Shown: one piece after another, positions 51,055 to 64,000 of the stretch
Layout of the letters: each line of letters begins with the position of its first letter
Position numbering within the stretch: the first letter of the stretch is position 1
Source of the DNA: Callorhinchus milii
Taxonomy: Eukaryota
Assembly (NCBI RefSeq): GCF_018977255.1
Contig: NW_024704742.1
Coordinates: 58,592,001 to 58,656,000, forward strand
Direction: 5' to 3'
Length of the DNA: 64,000 nucleotides
The notes under the pieces: generated by a model
Told to the model about the DNA's origin: nothing
Database searches by the model: none
Seen by the model: the letters and a program-made list of their open reading frames with translations, nothing else
Translations under genes and position numbers: made by a program

Positions 51055-51368
51055 GGAGTCCTGTAGCTCAGTGGTTAGAGCACTCACCTTGCGAGCGAGA
51101 CACCTGGGTTCAATTCCAGGCACAGGGCGAAACCTTGGGCAAGCTTCCTTACTCCACACGCCTAATAATAATCCCTCCAAAAAACAATAATAAATTGGTC
51201 ATTTTCAATCCATGACTGTTTGTGGGACACTTCTGTGTGCAATTGGCTGCCACGTTTCGCCCACAAATATACGGTCAATTCACTTCACAGTATATTATGT
51301 GAACCGCTTTGAGACGTCGAGAAGACGTGAAAAGTACTATATCAAATGCAAGGATTATTATTTATTAT
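51055..51368 (+). mobile_element. Young tRNA-Ala-headed SINE, full length, short subtype, nested in an older Deu SINE (about 51004-51054 and 51369-51630)
   Basis: ggagtcctgtagctcagtggttagagc head with A and B boxes and (att)n tail. The older SINE's head precedes it and its Deu core follows it. Confidence 0.9.
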
Positions 51369-54300
51369 GTTGGAACTTTGAGCTCTACTCAACAGCTCTG
51401 CTGAGCTACAGCTGCATTGTTGGAAGTGCTGTCCTTCAGATGAAGATGCTGTCAGGTTGCTGTTGTAGATTCCACTGTACTTTTCGAAAAGAGAAAGAAG
51501 TTTCTCCCAGTGTCCTGGCCAACAATCCCCCAGATAAAATTGGTCATTCACTGAACGACTGTTCGTACTGTGTGCAAAATGGCTGCCACGTTAGCCTTCA
51601 AATACATTCACTTAAATGTTGTAGTAAATCCAGTGATACTGGTGATAATTATCACATCAGAGATGAATGTGAGCAATGAACCCAGTTAACAACTAAAAAT
51701 GCCGAGATGTGACCCACCCCCTCCCACTCACCTAAATAATTCCTTCACATTGGCTGGAGGTTAGCAGAACTCACCAAACTCAGAATAAAACAGCATATTG
51801 CTAAGTGGGCTGACCACTGTGGACAGTTTTGGGCCCAACAGTTGTAAGAGAGTTGGAAGGAATAGAAAAAGAATTAGCTTTGCAGACAGTCTTCAGTGAC
51901 TGACTAGTCATATTGACTATATTTATCAATAATGTGATGACTTTTATCCATATGTCAAATTCATTACACTTAATGGCAATCTGTATGAAAACAAATGAAC
52001 ATGGTGCCAGTAAACCAGACGAGCATGGTCGATGATACAACCACAAGATGGAAAAAAAATGTGGATAAAAATAAATATTGTGCCAATGTCAAAATCACCA
52101 AAATTACATTCTCTGGGTGCTTATTGGTGCTTGCGAATAACATGAAGTGTAATTCTTTGTGAATGTGAATTCTTTATCTCCTGTTAGTGTCCACAAAAGG
52201 GATTGTTCTCATGAGCTTTAAAGGAAACGGTATCCATTTCCTTGAAGCTGGATTTTGCATTCCTTGTTGGAATTATAGGATATAAAGATCATTAAAGCAT
52301 GCAAAAGCAAGCAAGGGAACACCACAAATGACCTACACAAAACATTCTACACTGTATGTGATTTCTGTATCATTTGTTCATATACTAGTGCATGGATAGA
52401 CAGGTAACACAAATATAAATTATATCATTGCTTGGGGATTCACTCAACCAGTGCAGGATACCTTACTCAGGAGAGTGGTAGAAAGAACCAGAAAGAACAT
52501 CCTGAAGATCAACAAAGGCAAGTATGTGCTGAGTATGAATGAACTCATATTCATCATCAGACTGAGTCAGAGATCAAAGTCAGAGAGAAACAAATAGTGA
52601 GAAAGAGGAGTAAATAATTAACATGGAGAGTGCCAACACAAATGTTAGGAATTACAATGATTTCCTAGAATAGTATCTGAACTGATGCCAAACCTGCTTA
52701 CCAGATCAATATTGGGAAATTTAATCAGTGTCAGTGGCCTGTATGAGCAGAAAATGTAATAATTAAAATAATAATAATACTTGCATTTGATATAGTGCCT
52801 TATCACGTCATCAGGAAGTCTGAAGCACTTCACAGGATATACCGTAAAGAGTTTTTGACTATTTTGTGAGCGAAGTGGCACAGTTTAAAAAAAAGTATGA
52901 TATTCAGTGCGCATTCCACCCATTTGACACTTTGTCACAGGTAAAGATTGTTAAAGTTGAAGTGATGCTGAAGTTACAGTGCACCTGTACACTACAATAG
53001 CATCAGCTGCAATAACCAAACAGGGGATATAAGCAGATCCGACAGTGATACACAGCATTTCCAAAGACCTGCAACATTATGGCCCCTGTCTTGTCGAAAC
53101 ATGGGAATGAGTGTCAGATTGAATAATGCAGATTTTAATCTTACAATTGGGTTATCTTAGGTGGTCAGGCAGTCATTACAGAGTTTTGGTCTGCTGTCAC
53201 TCTACCTTTGCTTATTTTCGATTTGTTTCAGCAGATTGAGTGAAGTAAAATTGAGCACCTCAACTCTCGAATCTTCTCCTAACCTACTCCTCTGCTTAAA
53301 CCTTCCGCCCAGTTAACTTGGGCTTGCTGTGTGCTCCCTGCCCTCTCTGAGCCACTAATCAGTGGCTGAGCCTTTAGTTCCTATGTCGCCAACCTGTGGA
53401 ACTCCCTCCCTCTACCACTCAACAACAACTTGCATTTATGTAGCCCCACTCATGCAGGGTAGGATACCAGAGAACTTAATTACTCCATCTCACCTCTGAT
53501 AGTCTGAATGGACTCTATGACTCATATGTTTTTACATTCTATCCTTATTCAATGTTTGGATATATCAGACAAAACAACTGCAATTTTCAGCGAGACATGA
53601 AGACAACTGCAGTGGTGTGGCAAGCTCATTAGTTCAGCCAATCAACAAATTCAAAAGAAAACACTTACTGATGTTCGGTTTGACTAGATTTTAAAAAAAG
53701 TCACATTATCTGAAAACTGAAATGGTTCTCCATAACCGTTCAACTACAGCAAAGTTCATAGAGATTCATGCTGTGACATACCTACACAAAGAAAAAAAGC
53801 AACCTTTGCATCTCTTATCAATCTTGACACACAAAGCAACTGTTTAATTAGATACACCAGTGCCAAATGAAGTGCCTGTGTCAATCTGTCCCATCAGAGA
53901 CTATGCAGCAATTTATCTCTGTATTATCATACACTAGGACTAAAACAATCAAAATGCAGCCAAGGAACAGATCTTGAATGCTTCACTGCGCTGTTGGTGT
54001 GATTTGGGAATATATTATTCATGAATCATTCTGTTATGAGTGTAAACACACCCCGGGTCATGTTAAAATAAACGGAAGAACAGAATAAATTCTTTTGTTT
54101 TCATTTACAGGAGAGCTCTGTTAGTGTGAAGGTGATATTAGTACTACTGGTATTTTTGCTTGGTGGGAAACTGCAGCGTTAAAAAGATTCTCAATGCAAG
54201 ACAGAGCACCTCGGGGTGTAAAAGGCGTCTCATCTGAGCAATCTTGTGATCGTCACACCGATCCGCGACAACTCAGCTACGATCCCAAGACTTTGCCGGA

Positions 54301-57131
54301 GCTGAGTTCATGCGGAGTTGACGTGAGGTACGTGAGGGTTTCTGGAGGCAACCCACTGTAAGCCTTAGTTACTTTTCATGGAGGTATGCACCATTTAAAG
54401 TGTCTGTTTCCCTGAGTGATGTCAATTCCCTCAATTCCCATTTGTGACTTTCCACCATTTCTCTTGTGCTCAAACCAACTGGTGAAAACAATTGCTGCGT
54501 TTTAAGCCATGTATTTTTCAAAGTGTCTGGTCATTTGGATCATTTTGCCTTGCAGCTGTGATAAGGCAAAGCTCTTAAAGCAGCTCCACATGCAGCCTTG
54601 CAGAACATTAGCTTTTGTCTTACTAATTGCCAATAATCATTTACCCCAGCATCCCGCAATTCTAACGTGTTCCCTCTTTCAGGTGTGTCAGTGGGTGAGC
54701 TTCAATCATCCTGTCCCTGCTTTCTGGACAACTCTTAATTCCTTTTGCCTCTCACCCTCGGTTTCTGCTTTTGCTCCCCTCCCGCCACTTCTGATTTTTC
54801 ATTCTGCTCAGGCCTCCACTTCATTTTTGTAATGTGCTGTGAGACATTTTCTTACATCAAAGGCACTTTATAAATGCAAGTTATTGTTATTTCTTGTAGC
54901 AAAGTGAAAGCTCCATATAAACCTGGTATTGATTTATTTGATGAGATAGTATGTGGCTCACACTGGTGTACACACTCTCAAGAACTGTAATGGGATTTTG
55001 CATGTGTCAGCCACATGGCTGATCAAAAATAAGGTACAATGATTTATTAACGACTGTATGTGTTTTCCATTCCAACTGTTATAAAAACATCAGCCACTGA
55101 AAATAAGGAGAAAAGGAGTCGAAAAGTCTAATTGACAAATAGAGGATTGAAGGGCTGTGGGGATAAGCAAGCTGTGGGATTGAATGAACACCTTGCTGTG
55201 ATAGCTGAAGCAGACTCGATGGACTGAATGGCCTCCTTCTGCGCTGTATATTTTTATGATTCTATGAAACGCTTGGTGACTTTGGCTTTGTATGGTGACA
55301 TTTTACACTATGCAGGACTCGCATTTACACAGTCTGTGTGTTCAGGAAAGGTTCACTGCTCTTGTCATTGTACATTATTACCTTGTCTGCCAAAACCAGC
55401 TTTTGGAATGCTTTTGCAAAGAAGAACTTTTAACAAGAAAGGACTACAGTATTTATAGATTGTCATGGCATGTGAATTATATTTTATTATTGCACGGGTC
55501 AATGGCTCCGAGATGCTGTCCGGCGTGAATTGTGCTATCTAAATGCAAGTTGTTGTTATCAAAAAAATCTTGACTTGTATCATTTGATATGGATACAGGG
55601 TAGGTGGGGAGGTGGAATGGGGTTAGGGATCAGCCACCATCTTGGAAAATGATGGGGCAGGCTCGATGGACCTATCCCTGTGTTCCTGTGTCCATGTGCT
55701 GAGGCACTGATAAGCATATGGACAGAGAGCTGTTTCACTCTTTCAGCAGATTTAGATGAAAAGATTATTATTTTCCTGAAAAGTTATCCCATGTTTACAA
55801 ATGCGTTGCTGATGGCTGAGTATGGAACCCCCTCACCCCTGCCCACAACTACTGCACAACTAAAATTGATCTTAGTACATTATCCTTTCATCACATCAAG
55901 CCTAACCCACAACCTGGATTATAATAATCCTTACTTTTGATATAGCAGCTCATTGAAACATCTCAAATAATGGGATTTCATTGTGAAGTGACCATGTATC
56001 TGAAGGGAAAGCGATCCTTAAATAAAGGTGTGATTCTAAGATAGACATATCTCAGACATAGTAGTTAAAATGGAATGAAAACCTTCGAAGGTTACAATCA
56101 GCAGTTAGTTACTGTCCAGGTACAGAGATAACCCAATAGACTGAAGAATGGAAGTTACTGAGTACTTTCTCAACCTTGCCAATCTCTTCGTTGGTAATGT
56201 TTGGGCAGCCGGGTCCTGGCAGTATTCAGATCTCAATTGAAAGTGAAGATTAATCTCACTATGACAGGAGTGCCCTTGTAGTTTATGACACGGAAGCTGT
56301 TTTTTTTCATGGTAAACAGCTTCAATAAACTAGGTTCACCGCAAAACAGGATTCACGTCACCACACTTGATCACATGCTCATCATACAAATACAGCTTAA
56401 AACTTGTCTCTCCCTACGCCCTACTTCATTATAATGGGACATCTTGTTTATTTCTGAGAATGCTGCAGTCATGCACTGGGCACTCTTGACACATGCAAAT
56501 AACTTACGAAGAGTAAGAGTCACTGCGACTAAGTATGTTATCCACAGGACGTTAACTTTAATCTCCAAAACCAACAAAATGGAAAAGAGTAAATGCTCAG
56601 TGAGTGCCTTCTGCACAAACCTTATTGAAACATGTATTTTGCTCATATTTCATGTTTAGAAGGCAGAATGAAGTTAACTTAATCGAGAACCCACAGTGAA
56701 ATATCATAATGCAAAATCAAGCTCTGGATGATGCAAAGTCAGGTTTGAATTTAATTTCAGTCACTCAATTGGCACTAAAAAAATAAAGAATGATCTGGTA
56801 CTGATCAAGATTGGGACAAAATAAATACTTTTACGGTTTTTACTTTAAAGTGATAAATCTTAACAGAGTTCCTGTAGCCATGAAGGTGCACACAACAGGA
56901 AAAAAAGGCTTAAAAAGCCCTGTTGTCCAAATAATTCTAATGTGCCATGTGGTTTGCAGGAAAAGGTGCTACCTTGAAGCTGTCTTCATCTAGCAACGAA
57001 CGCCAGCAAAGATGATTCCAAAATATACAGCTCAATTGACTTTGCAGCATATTCTGTGAAACGTTTTGAGACGTCTCGAAGACGTGATAAGGCATTATAT
57101 CAAATGCAAGTATTATTATTATTGCATCACC

Positions 57132-58600
57132 AAAGAGGGTTTGGATGAAGAAAGGCCCTTTCGTTCATTTGACGTAATCCTTCCAGAATCCCCAATCTAT
57201 CATCCTCCATCATAGCATCAAGCTATTTTTGAATGAGTTCAGTATCCTGGTCTCAAATACCCTTCCCATTCCACTTGTTGATTACCTTCAGGAAATCTGG
57301 ACATCAGGAAGAAATTCTCCCGGACATCCCTCCTGAAATTTCCCTTTGCACCCCTGCACCTGTACTCTTGATCTGTTATTCTGGCTCATCTGAAAGTTGT
57401 GTTTTGAGGTTACTTTCTCAATTCCATTTAAAATATCATATATCTCTACAAAATACTGTATGAGACATCTCATTTCAAGGCTGAAGAGCCTTGGCTTGTC
57501 TGATTGTTTTTGTAGCTCATTCCTCTAACACTCAGGATCATCCATGCTATTCTCCTTTACACTGCCTCTGGAGCCAAGTCCTCTTGTGTCATGGTGACCA
57601 GAACTGCACACAGTACTTTAGGTGTAGCCTGACCAAAGCACTCGAGTATAAACGTTAGTGATCTGAACTCAACTGTTTTGGCAATATAACCCAACATACT
57701 GCTTGTCTTGCTTAATGGTTCTTAACACTGTTTTGACGTGGTGAACGATGAATCAACTTACACTCCGAGGTCTCTTTCACCTTCCCCCTTGGTAAGTTCT
57801 ATCCCATCCACAGAGTACATGTTTCCCATTCTTACTTCCGACATATATTTTTTGGTCAGCTGGGTGTCTGACACGGAAATCCATCACCATGCTTAAGATT
57901 ATCCAAACCAAACTGTATATCATACCCTATATATCATACCCTGCATTTAACTGCATTATACTTAATTTGCCTGTCATCAGCCCATGGGCATACCCCATCA
58001 AGCTCTCTTTGTAATACCTGTATTGCATTCTCTGATTCCACAACATTGAACCCCCCCACCCAGAAAAAAACTTTACCGGCAAATGTAACTGCTATACACT
58101 GGGTTTGGGATCCAGATCATTCATTTACACATGGAACAGCAGGAGTCTCTGAATAAACAACTGAGGCACCCTGCTTAATACCTCCCACTATTTTGACCTA
58201 GCTGCCTTAACAATGCTTCCTTCCCTTTAGCCAATTTTAATTCCATGTCCATCTCTTGTCCTTGATACCCAATGATTTCAGTTTGTGAAAGAATCTTCCA
58301 CAGGGACTTTATTACCTTTTGGAAGTCTAAACATACAATTTCATTTAGGTCAAATTGTAGTTTATCAATAGGTATCATTAACTGCAGCTGTCCACTCCTC
58401 AAAAGTCAGACAGATCTATTCCTTCTGAATTTGTGAACCTCACCACTAGTGATTGACTTCCTCATAAATGTCCATCAGTGCTTCACAAATTCCCTGCCTT
58501 GTCTCCTTAAGTACCCTGAGATACAGTTCATCCGTCCTGGTGAATTTGCTGGTTTTCAGCCCTTTGAGCCTATTTAGAACCACAACCTCACTTATATTCA
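57132..58600 (-). mobile_element. CR1 LINE, about 1.4 kb decayed RT / 3' region
   Basis: CLDFQK (CR1 YLDFxKAFD RT motif) in ORF 58175-58402 and EIYDILNGIEKV...KGKF in ORF 57288-57473; many frameshifts. Confidence 0.8.
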
Positions 58601-58822
58601 AAGTCCTGAACTCAAAGAATGTTTGCTCAATGTTGGGAGGGTAACATGTTGGTATCTTTGGGTGATCCTCCTGACATGAAGGGCATTATATAAGTGTAAA
58701 TTACACGTTTTTTTCCAGGGAGAAGTCATTTGATATATTTCCCATCTTCTGTTCAATCTATTTTTCAACCCACTTTGGGTCCCTTAAGGTTTAACTTCTT
58801 CCCTCACTATCTTCTTACCATT

Positions 58823-59192
58823 ATCCACGACTCTTTGTGGGACACTGCTGTGCGCAATTGGTTGCCACTTTTCACCTGCAAAATATACAGTCAATTCACT
58901 TTACAGTATATTCTGTGAATGGCCAATTTATTATTAATATTATTTTTTTGAAGAAATTATTACCCCCGGAAAAGGAATCTGCCAATCAATTAACAACCGT
59001 GTTCCTACTTCCTGCTAGGTAAAAGGAGGTGTGTGGAGTAAGGAAACTTGCCCAACGTTTCGCCTGCCAGGTCTCTCCCTTGCGAGACGAGTGCTCTAAC
59101 CACTGAGCTACAGGATTCCATCATCTCCATCATCGAGAGATATCTCGATGATATGATAAGGCGCTATATCAAATGCAAGGATTATTATTATT
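58823..59192. mobile_element. Internally rearranged young SINE (3' half +, 5' half inverted inside it)
   Basis: 58823-58919 SINE middle (+), about 58920-59119 SINE 5' half (-), about 59137-59192 SINE tail (+). Confidence 0.85.
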
Positions 59193-62100
59193 AACTTCCT
59201 TTGCATATACAATTTTACTAACCAGATATTTTCCATGTGTACGGATGGATCAGAAAAGCAGTGCTAATAAAAAAAAGGGAAATTCATTCAGTTGCAGCAG
59301 GGCTGTGACCGGAACTTGTCCTTTAACTTCTGTCGAGACGCTGATGCAGTTGGAGAAGACATTAATGAATTAATAATGAGTTTGTATAGTTTCATAATTG
59401 CTGCAAATAAAATGATGCCCAAGTACTGTGCATAGACTTTTGATAGAAACCCACATCAACCGGGAATGCAGTCCTGAAAGTTCTTTTTAAAAATGAATGA
59501 AGAGGAATAGTTTTCAGTTTAGAGGCAATCAGAGATGCCATTTTATGGACTCTGCGTGAATGAGAATATTAATTTTAAACAGGAGGTGGAGGGGCAGGAG
59601 GTGGTGGAGGCTAAAGCGGTCATGTGAGATGGTAAGGCTATTGAATTTGCCAATAACTTCTATTGCCAATTGTTTTTTCCATTCTTTAACAGATTTATCT
59701 TATAAATAAATTTAATATAACTGTATAGTTGTAAGTGGTAATACTACAGGTTGACTTTCATTCCACTGCTTCTGATCCCATGGGAGGCCACACAGATAGG
59801 GAGAGAAAAGGAGGAGAGGGGGAAATAAAAATATTTAAAAGTAATGTTGAAAAAACTCAATCTCTTCAAAGCATTGAATTAATAAGCAATATTGAACTTC
59901 CGCCTTCTGCAATAATTGTAAGTGGGGAAAAACTAATTTGATTTAAAAAAAAGTCTACGTTGTACAGGTAATAAATACATTTAAAATATTATCAATACAG
60001 TAGAACTCTGTTATAACCTGGCAATTCCAAACAGTCTTATAATGGGACGCTGTGAGATTGTAGAAAAAATCTTTTATACCTAGGAATAATTTTATACCTT
60101 TTAACCAACTATTAGACGAACAAAAAGCAAGTCCTGGGAAATGCAGACTCGGCAATGCCAGCTGCATCCTTATCTGCGCATTCCACAGAAGTAACTTCTG
60201 CAAACCTTGAAATGAATAAGACACTGTCTGACACAAACTCCATTGGAGATAAGCTTATGCCTCAATCGTCCCTGAATCCTCCCCTAACCTGAGCCCCCCT
60301 TCCTTCATTATTTCTTACTCTGTGTTATAAATTTAAAGGTTGCATTCTTGTTAGATAGCTTTAGAAAATATCTTGTGTACTTTAGACAACAGTATTAATC
60401 AGGTACATACTCTATGCCAATTATATTTTCTTGACTCTTAAAAGAATAATCAGCATGAATAGAGACTAATTAGTAGACGACATTTAACCTTGTTAAGAGA
60501 TATGGATTGATTGACGTCACCATTCGAATAGTTGTTGGAGCCACATGATTGATAATACGTTTTTAATTGCCTTTGTATGTGTTATGACCTTGAGCACCTT
60601 TTGGGGATAAAAAGGCTGCTTTAACTGACCATCGGCAGCTCATTCTTTTGACTGTCAGGTGCTCCACTTGGAGACTGTTGACTGCTCTTGAATCAGCTCT
60701 TACAATTGTAATAAAATCTTACTTTGGATATATCCACGGTGTATGGTCTGTTTGTAAGATGACGGTTGGGACGAACGGGGAAAAAATTACAACTCAATAA
60801 CGCGATTGATAGTCAGCGCTTCTGCATCATAACATAACCAACCAGCAATATCATTGTTCACTTGTCAGCTGTATTGAAAAAATGTGCTTCCCACTGGCTG
60901 TACATTGCGCAGCGTGCAGCAAATGACGTTGGCTGCGATCTGATGCCTTGGAATTTAGCCATTCATTCGCGCGCGAGAAGCTGGCTCCACAAGAACCCTG
61001 GGTTGTAGAGAGGTGTGTTATAACAGGACTTAGTGTATCTGTACAATATTAGTATCTGTCTTCTTATAGAAATAATGTCTTAATTGGCTTTGACGTTTGC
61101 CTGTTATCTTTGCTTATTGATAAAAATAACAATTCTATCGATTGATTATAGGTACCTTTCATTTCAGGAAGGCATTTGAAAGTGCTGAACTGTAAAAAGT
61201 GGACAGACTTCATACTTTGCAGGCCAACACCGTATTGTTTTACTTTTGTAGAATGGTTTACATGCATCTAAATTCAAGTTGCTTTTCGATTCATGTTTTG
61301 CTTGTTTGCATAGATGTCTCATGCAAGATTCACAACACAATAGTTTTATACTGACTGAAGACAGTCTGGGAAACAATTTGCGATATAATCATAAAGCAGA
61401 TTTAATGCGCTCACTTGCAACTTCTCTTCTGTAAAATTTGTGACCAGTGAACTGCGAATCCCACAGCAGCAAAGCCTGTAAGAACACCACAAGCAAAACA
61501 GCTCAGGTGTTTTGTTCGCAGGCCTTTTATCAGACTGTGCTGATCTAGGATTCACAAGCTGTGAAGTTCAGTGCAGTTTTTACAAAATTGCAACTAACAC
61601 AACAAATCTAATTTGCAAACATTGCAAATTACACCATAACATGGAATTACTGGATCTCTTTCATCCAGCCTTGCTGAAAAGGCAAACCTTTATAAAGATC
61701 TTGGGAGCTTTTAAGCTGTAGTATTTAGGAAAAATAAAAATAATTTAACAGAAGCTAAGAGCCTCAGAGCCTAAAGCAAAACAGCGTAAAAAATATACAA
61801 CTTGCACTGTGTTCTACAAAAAAGTAGAACAGGAATCTTACTGAGTACTTATTGTGAATTGCAACGCTTTATAAAAAGGATATTTTACAGTCTTGTTAAT
61901 GGTGTTTATTTTTCAATTAACTTACATTAAGAACATAAGAATTACATATCCCAAGTTATATACTGTAACCCAAGATATTATTTCCTAAAATAATATTAAC
62001 AAATTACCGTAACTGTCCTGGCAAATCTACCCCAGCAACAATGACACTGTTGGGCACAGAGATGTTTCAAGCTACACAATTGGGCACCTTCGATGAAAGG

Positions 62101-62206
62101 GACGGACAAGATAAACTGCTCCAAAATAAACCAAATTGTGTAGTATTGGTCAAACAGCAGCAAGGCAGAAGTCTAAAATAATGTTCTGGATTTATAAATT
62201 GTATTC

Positions 62207-62597
62207 AACAACAACAAAATTACATTTGAATAGCGCCTTTCACGTCGGGAGGACATCCCAAGGCGCTGGACAGACAGAGTTTCGGACCCGAGTTGGGGGT
62301 CGGGGTCAGGGAAGGTGGAGGGCAGAAGGTGGGGGGGGGGGGGAAGCAGGGAGATCAAAAGCATGGTCGAAGAGGAGGGTCTTGAGACGGGTCTTGAAGG
62401 AGGCAAGGGAGGAGGTGAGACTGTGGGATGGAGTTCTGCCCGCCAATAGTGGGGTGAGCAAGGCAGGGGACATGAAGCCCGCTGAGCGGAGGGAGCAAGC
62501 CGGATAGTAGGGATTTAGGAGGTCACAGAGGTAGGGGGGAGCAAGACCATGGAGGACTTTGAAGGTGAGGACCAGGACCTTGAACTGTATTCTCTGT
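62207..62597 (-). mobile_element. L2 LINE 3' fragment, GC-rich and relatively young
   Basis: Reverse translation QRIQFKVLVLTFKVLHGLAPPYLCDLLNPYYPACSLRS...SLASFKTRLKTLLF is the classic L2 ORF2 C-terminus; (gtt)n tail. Confidence 0.9.
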
Positions 62598-63003
62598 TTT
62601 CAGCAGGAAAAGGTTAAATCTCAAACAATTTCTAGTTAATCGGCCCATTTTCTTTGCCAATAGGATTTACATTTTTTATCAGCTTGCAAACTGAGAGTTT
62701 GTGTTTTACCGTGAATGTTTGTCAGGGAATTGCTGTCCTTCCTTATTTAACACTTGGCTCTGCAGTACTCGTTGGCAGAACTTGGAGGAGAACTGGGGGC
62801 AGGGATGCTTTCAAAACAGCTCCTATTAACGTACAAGCCAAAGGCCTATTGGGTAGTGTGGTTCTTGCTGAATTAAGTAGCATCAAGTTTGCCAGACAGC
62901 GCTTTCAATGGTACCTCTGGTCTTAGTTGATTGAACACCAGCAGTATCCAAAAAGCAAATTTCTCAAACCTTGACTCTCACTAACCTGATACGCTTGGCA
63001 ACG

Positions 63004-63176
63004 TATTAGGTAAGGAAGGTACCTCACTCCAGGGAGAGAGAGTACATTCCATTCCAGACACAGGGACATTTCCACATGTAAGTGGCATACATATGTAGAT
63101 GCCTCAGTTTGGTTTGGGTACTTTAAAGCACGGTGCTGGATTTTTATGTGTCAGACACCCAATCAACAAAAAAAAC
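63004..63176 (+). repeat. Unclassified interspersed repeat of about 170 bp
   Basis: tattaggtaag...tccattccagacacaggga...ggtttgg is shared with 40794-40960 (+) and about 11130-11305 (-); end fragments at 57848-57915, 63372-63415 and 63790-63815. Confidence 0.65.
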
Positions 63177-64000
63177 CTAGTCACTCAGTTCCACTTCTTT
63201 AAATTGATCATTATTGAGAATCAAGTATTTATACTGAATACATAATTCTTGTATATTTGGTCCAGATTTAAATAAATTTAATAAAACTCTGAAGCAATGA
63301 GAATAGGATATGATCAAGGATTTTCAGTTAAAGCAACTACTTTAAGTGATAGAATGAAACAACCATATTCTTTGGGTTTCCACATGTGTCAGGCACCCAG
63401 TTGAACCCCCAAAAATTAACACTTAACTTTTTTAAAAGGTTACAAAAACTATGTAGTCAATATTTCTATCCATATTTAATAGAACATCAGGTAACTAGCT
63501 TTTTTTAAAAAAAAGTTTCAATGTCTTTTATTTTTTCATTGCCAAACATTTCAGAAACTAGCTGAAGGTACGATTGATATTTTTCACATACGAAAGCGGA
63601 AAAGATATCTTTGATTGTTGCAACAATGTACTTGGGAGTAATTCTAATCTTGTTACTCCAGTTATATATTACATATTGTCTTTTAATATAATGTCACTGC
63701 ATTTGGAGCCTGGAGTTTCCGAGCTTGAATTCTGCACTTTAGAAGCTGATGGAAAAATGTGGTGTTTATTTTTTCTGGGCAAGGGAGCTTAGCTGGGTGC
63801 CTGACACATAAAACAAATACTAAATAATCCTTACATTTGGTATAATACTTTTCATATCAGAATGGCGTTCCAAAGTGCTTCACAAGAAATACTGTAAAGT
63901 GGTGTGTCTGTGGGTTTTGTAGGCGAATGCGGCATCCAAGTTGCACACTTTCTTTTGAGTTAGAAAGTTGGGGTTGAAGCCATAAATCGTTACACTGAAT

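Noticed and set aside
51055..51125. tRNA-Ala gene (also at about 21810-21875, 38885-38953 and 49060-49130)
   Set aside because: A and B boxes and the anticodon arm are present, but there is no paired acceptor stem or T-run terminator, and each runs into the SINE body.
1..64000. Most ORFs in the six-frame track
   Set aside because: They are short, often start at non-ATG codons, and show no recognisable domains. Recurrent peptides ([27 protein letters not shown]) are translations of the SINE tail.
18319..64000. Preceding TENM3 exon (...[24 protein letters not shown])
   Set aside because: Not found in the ORF track or by eye; presumably beyond 64000, consistent with very long teneurin introns. 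The following HFLFK exon is likewise absent below 3197.

Overview
This is eukaryotic, AT-rich, CpG-depleted vertebrate DNA. The repeat content and protein divergence suggest a cartilaginous fish such as a chimaera or elephant shark (inference). The window appears to lie within the 5' introns of a minus-strand teneurin-3 (TENM3/Odz3) gene. Two coding exons of the intracellular domain are visible: 3197-3434 (238 bp, canonical TENM3 exon) and 18103-18318 (216 bp, frame-preserving cassette resembling a TENM2 exon that I recall as absent from canonical human TENM3). The rest is intron, dense with retroposons: a young tRNA-Ala-headed SINE, older Deu-domain SINEs, AmnSINE2-like copies, CR1 and L2 LINE fragments, and several small unclassified repeats. 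Almost all ORFs in the supplied track are spurious. The most unusual structures are two rearranged young SINEs. One carries a locally templated insertion (65 bp inverted plus 496 bp direct copy of downstream DNA). The other has its 5' half inverted into its 3' half. Their breakpoints fall at the same internal SINE hairpin. No prokaryotic-type system is present. Repeat boundaries are approximate unless junctions are quoted, and repeat family names come from recalled consensus sequences, not searches.
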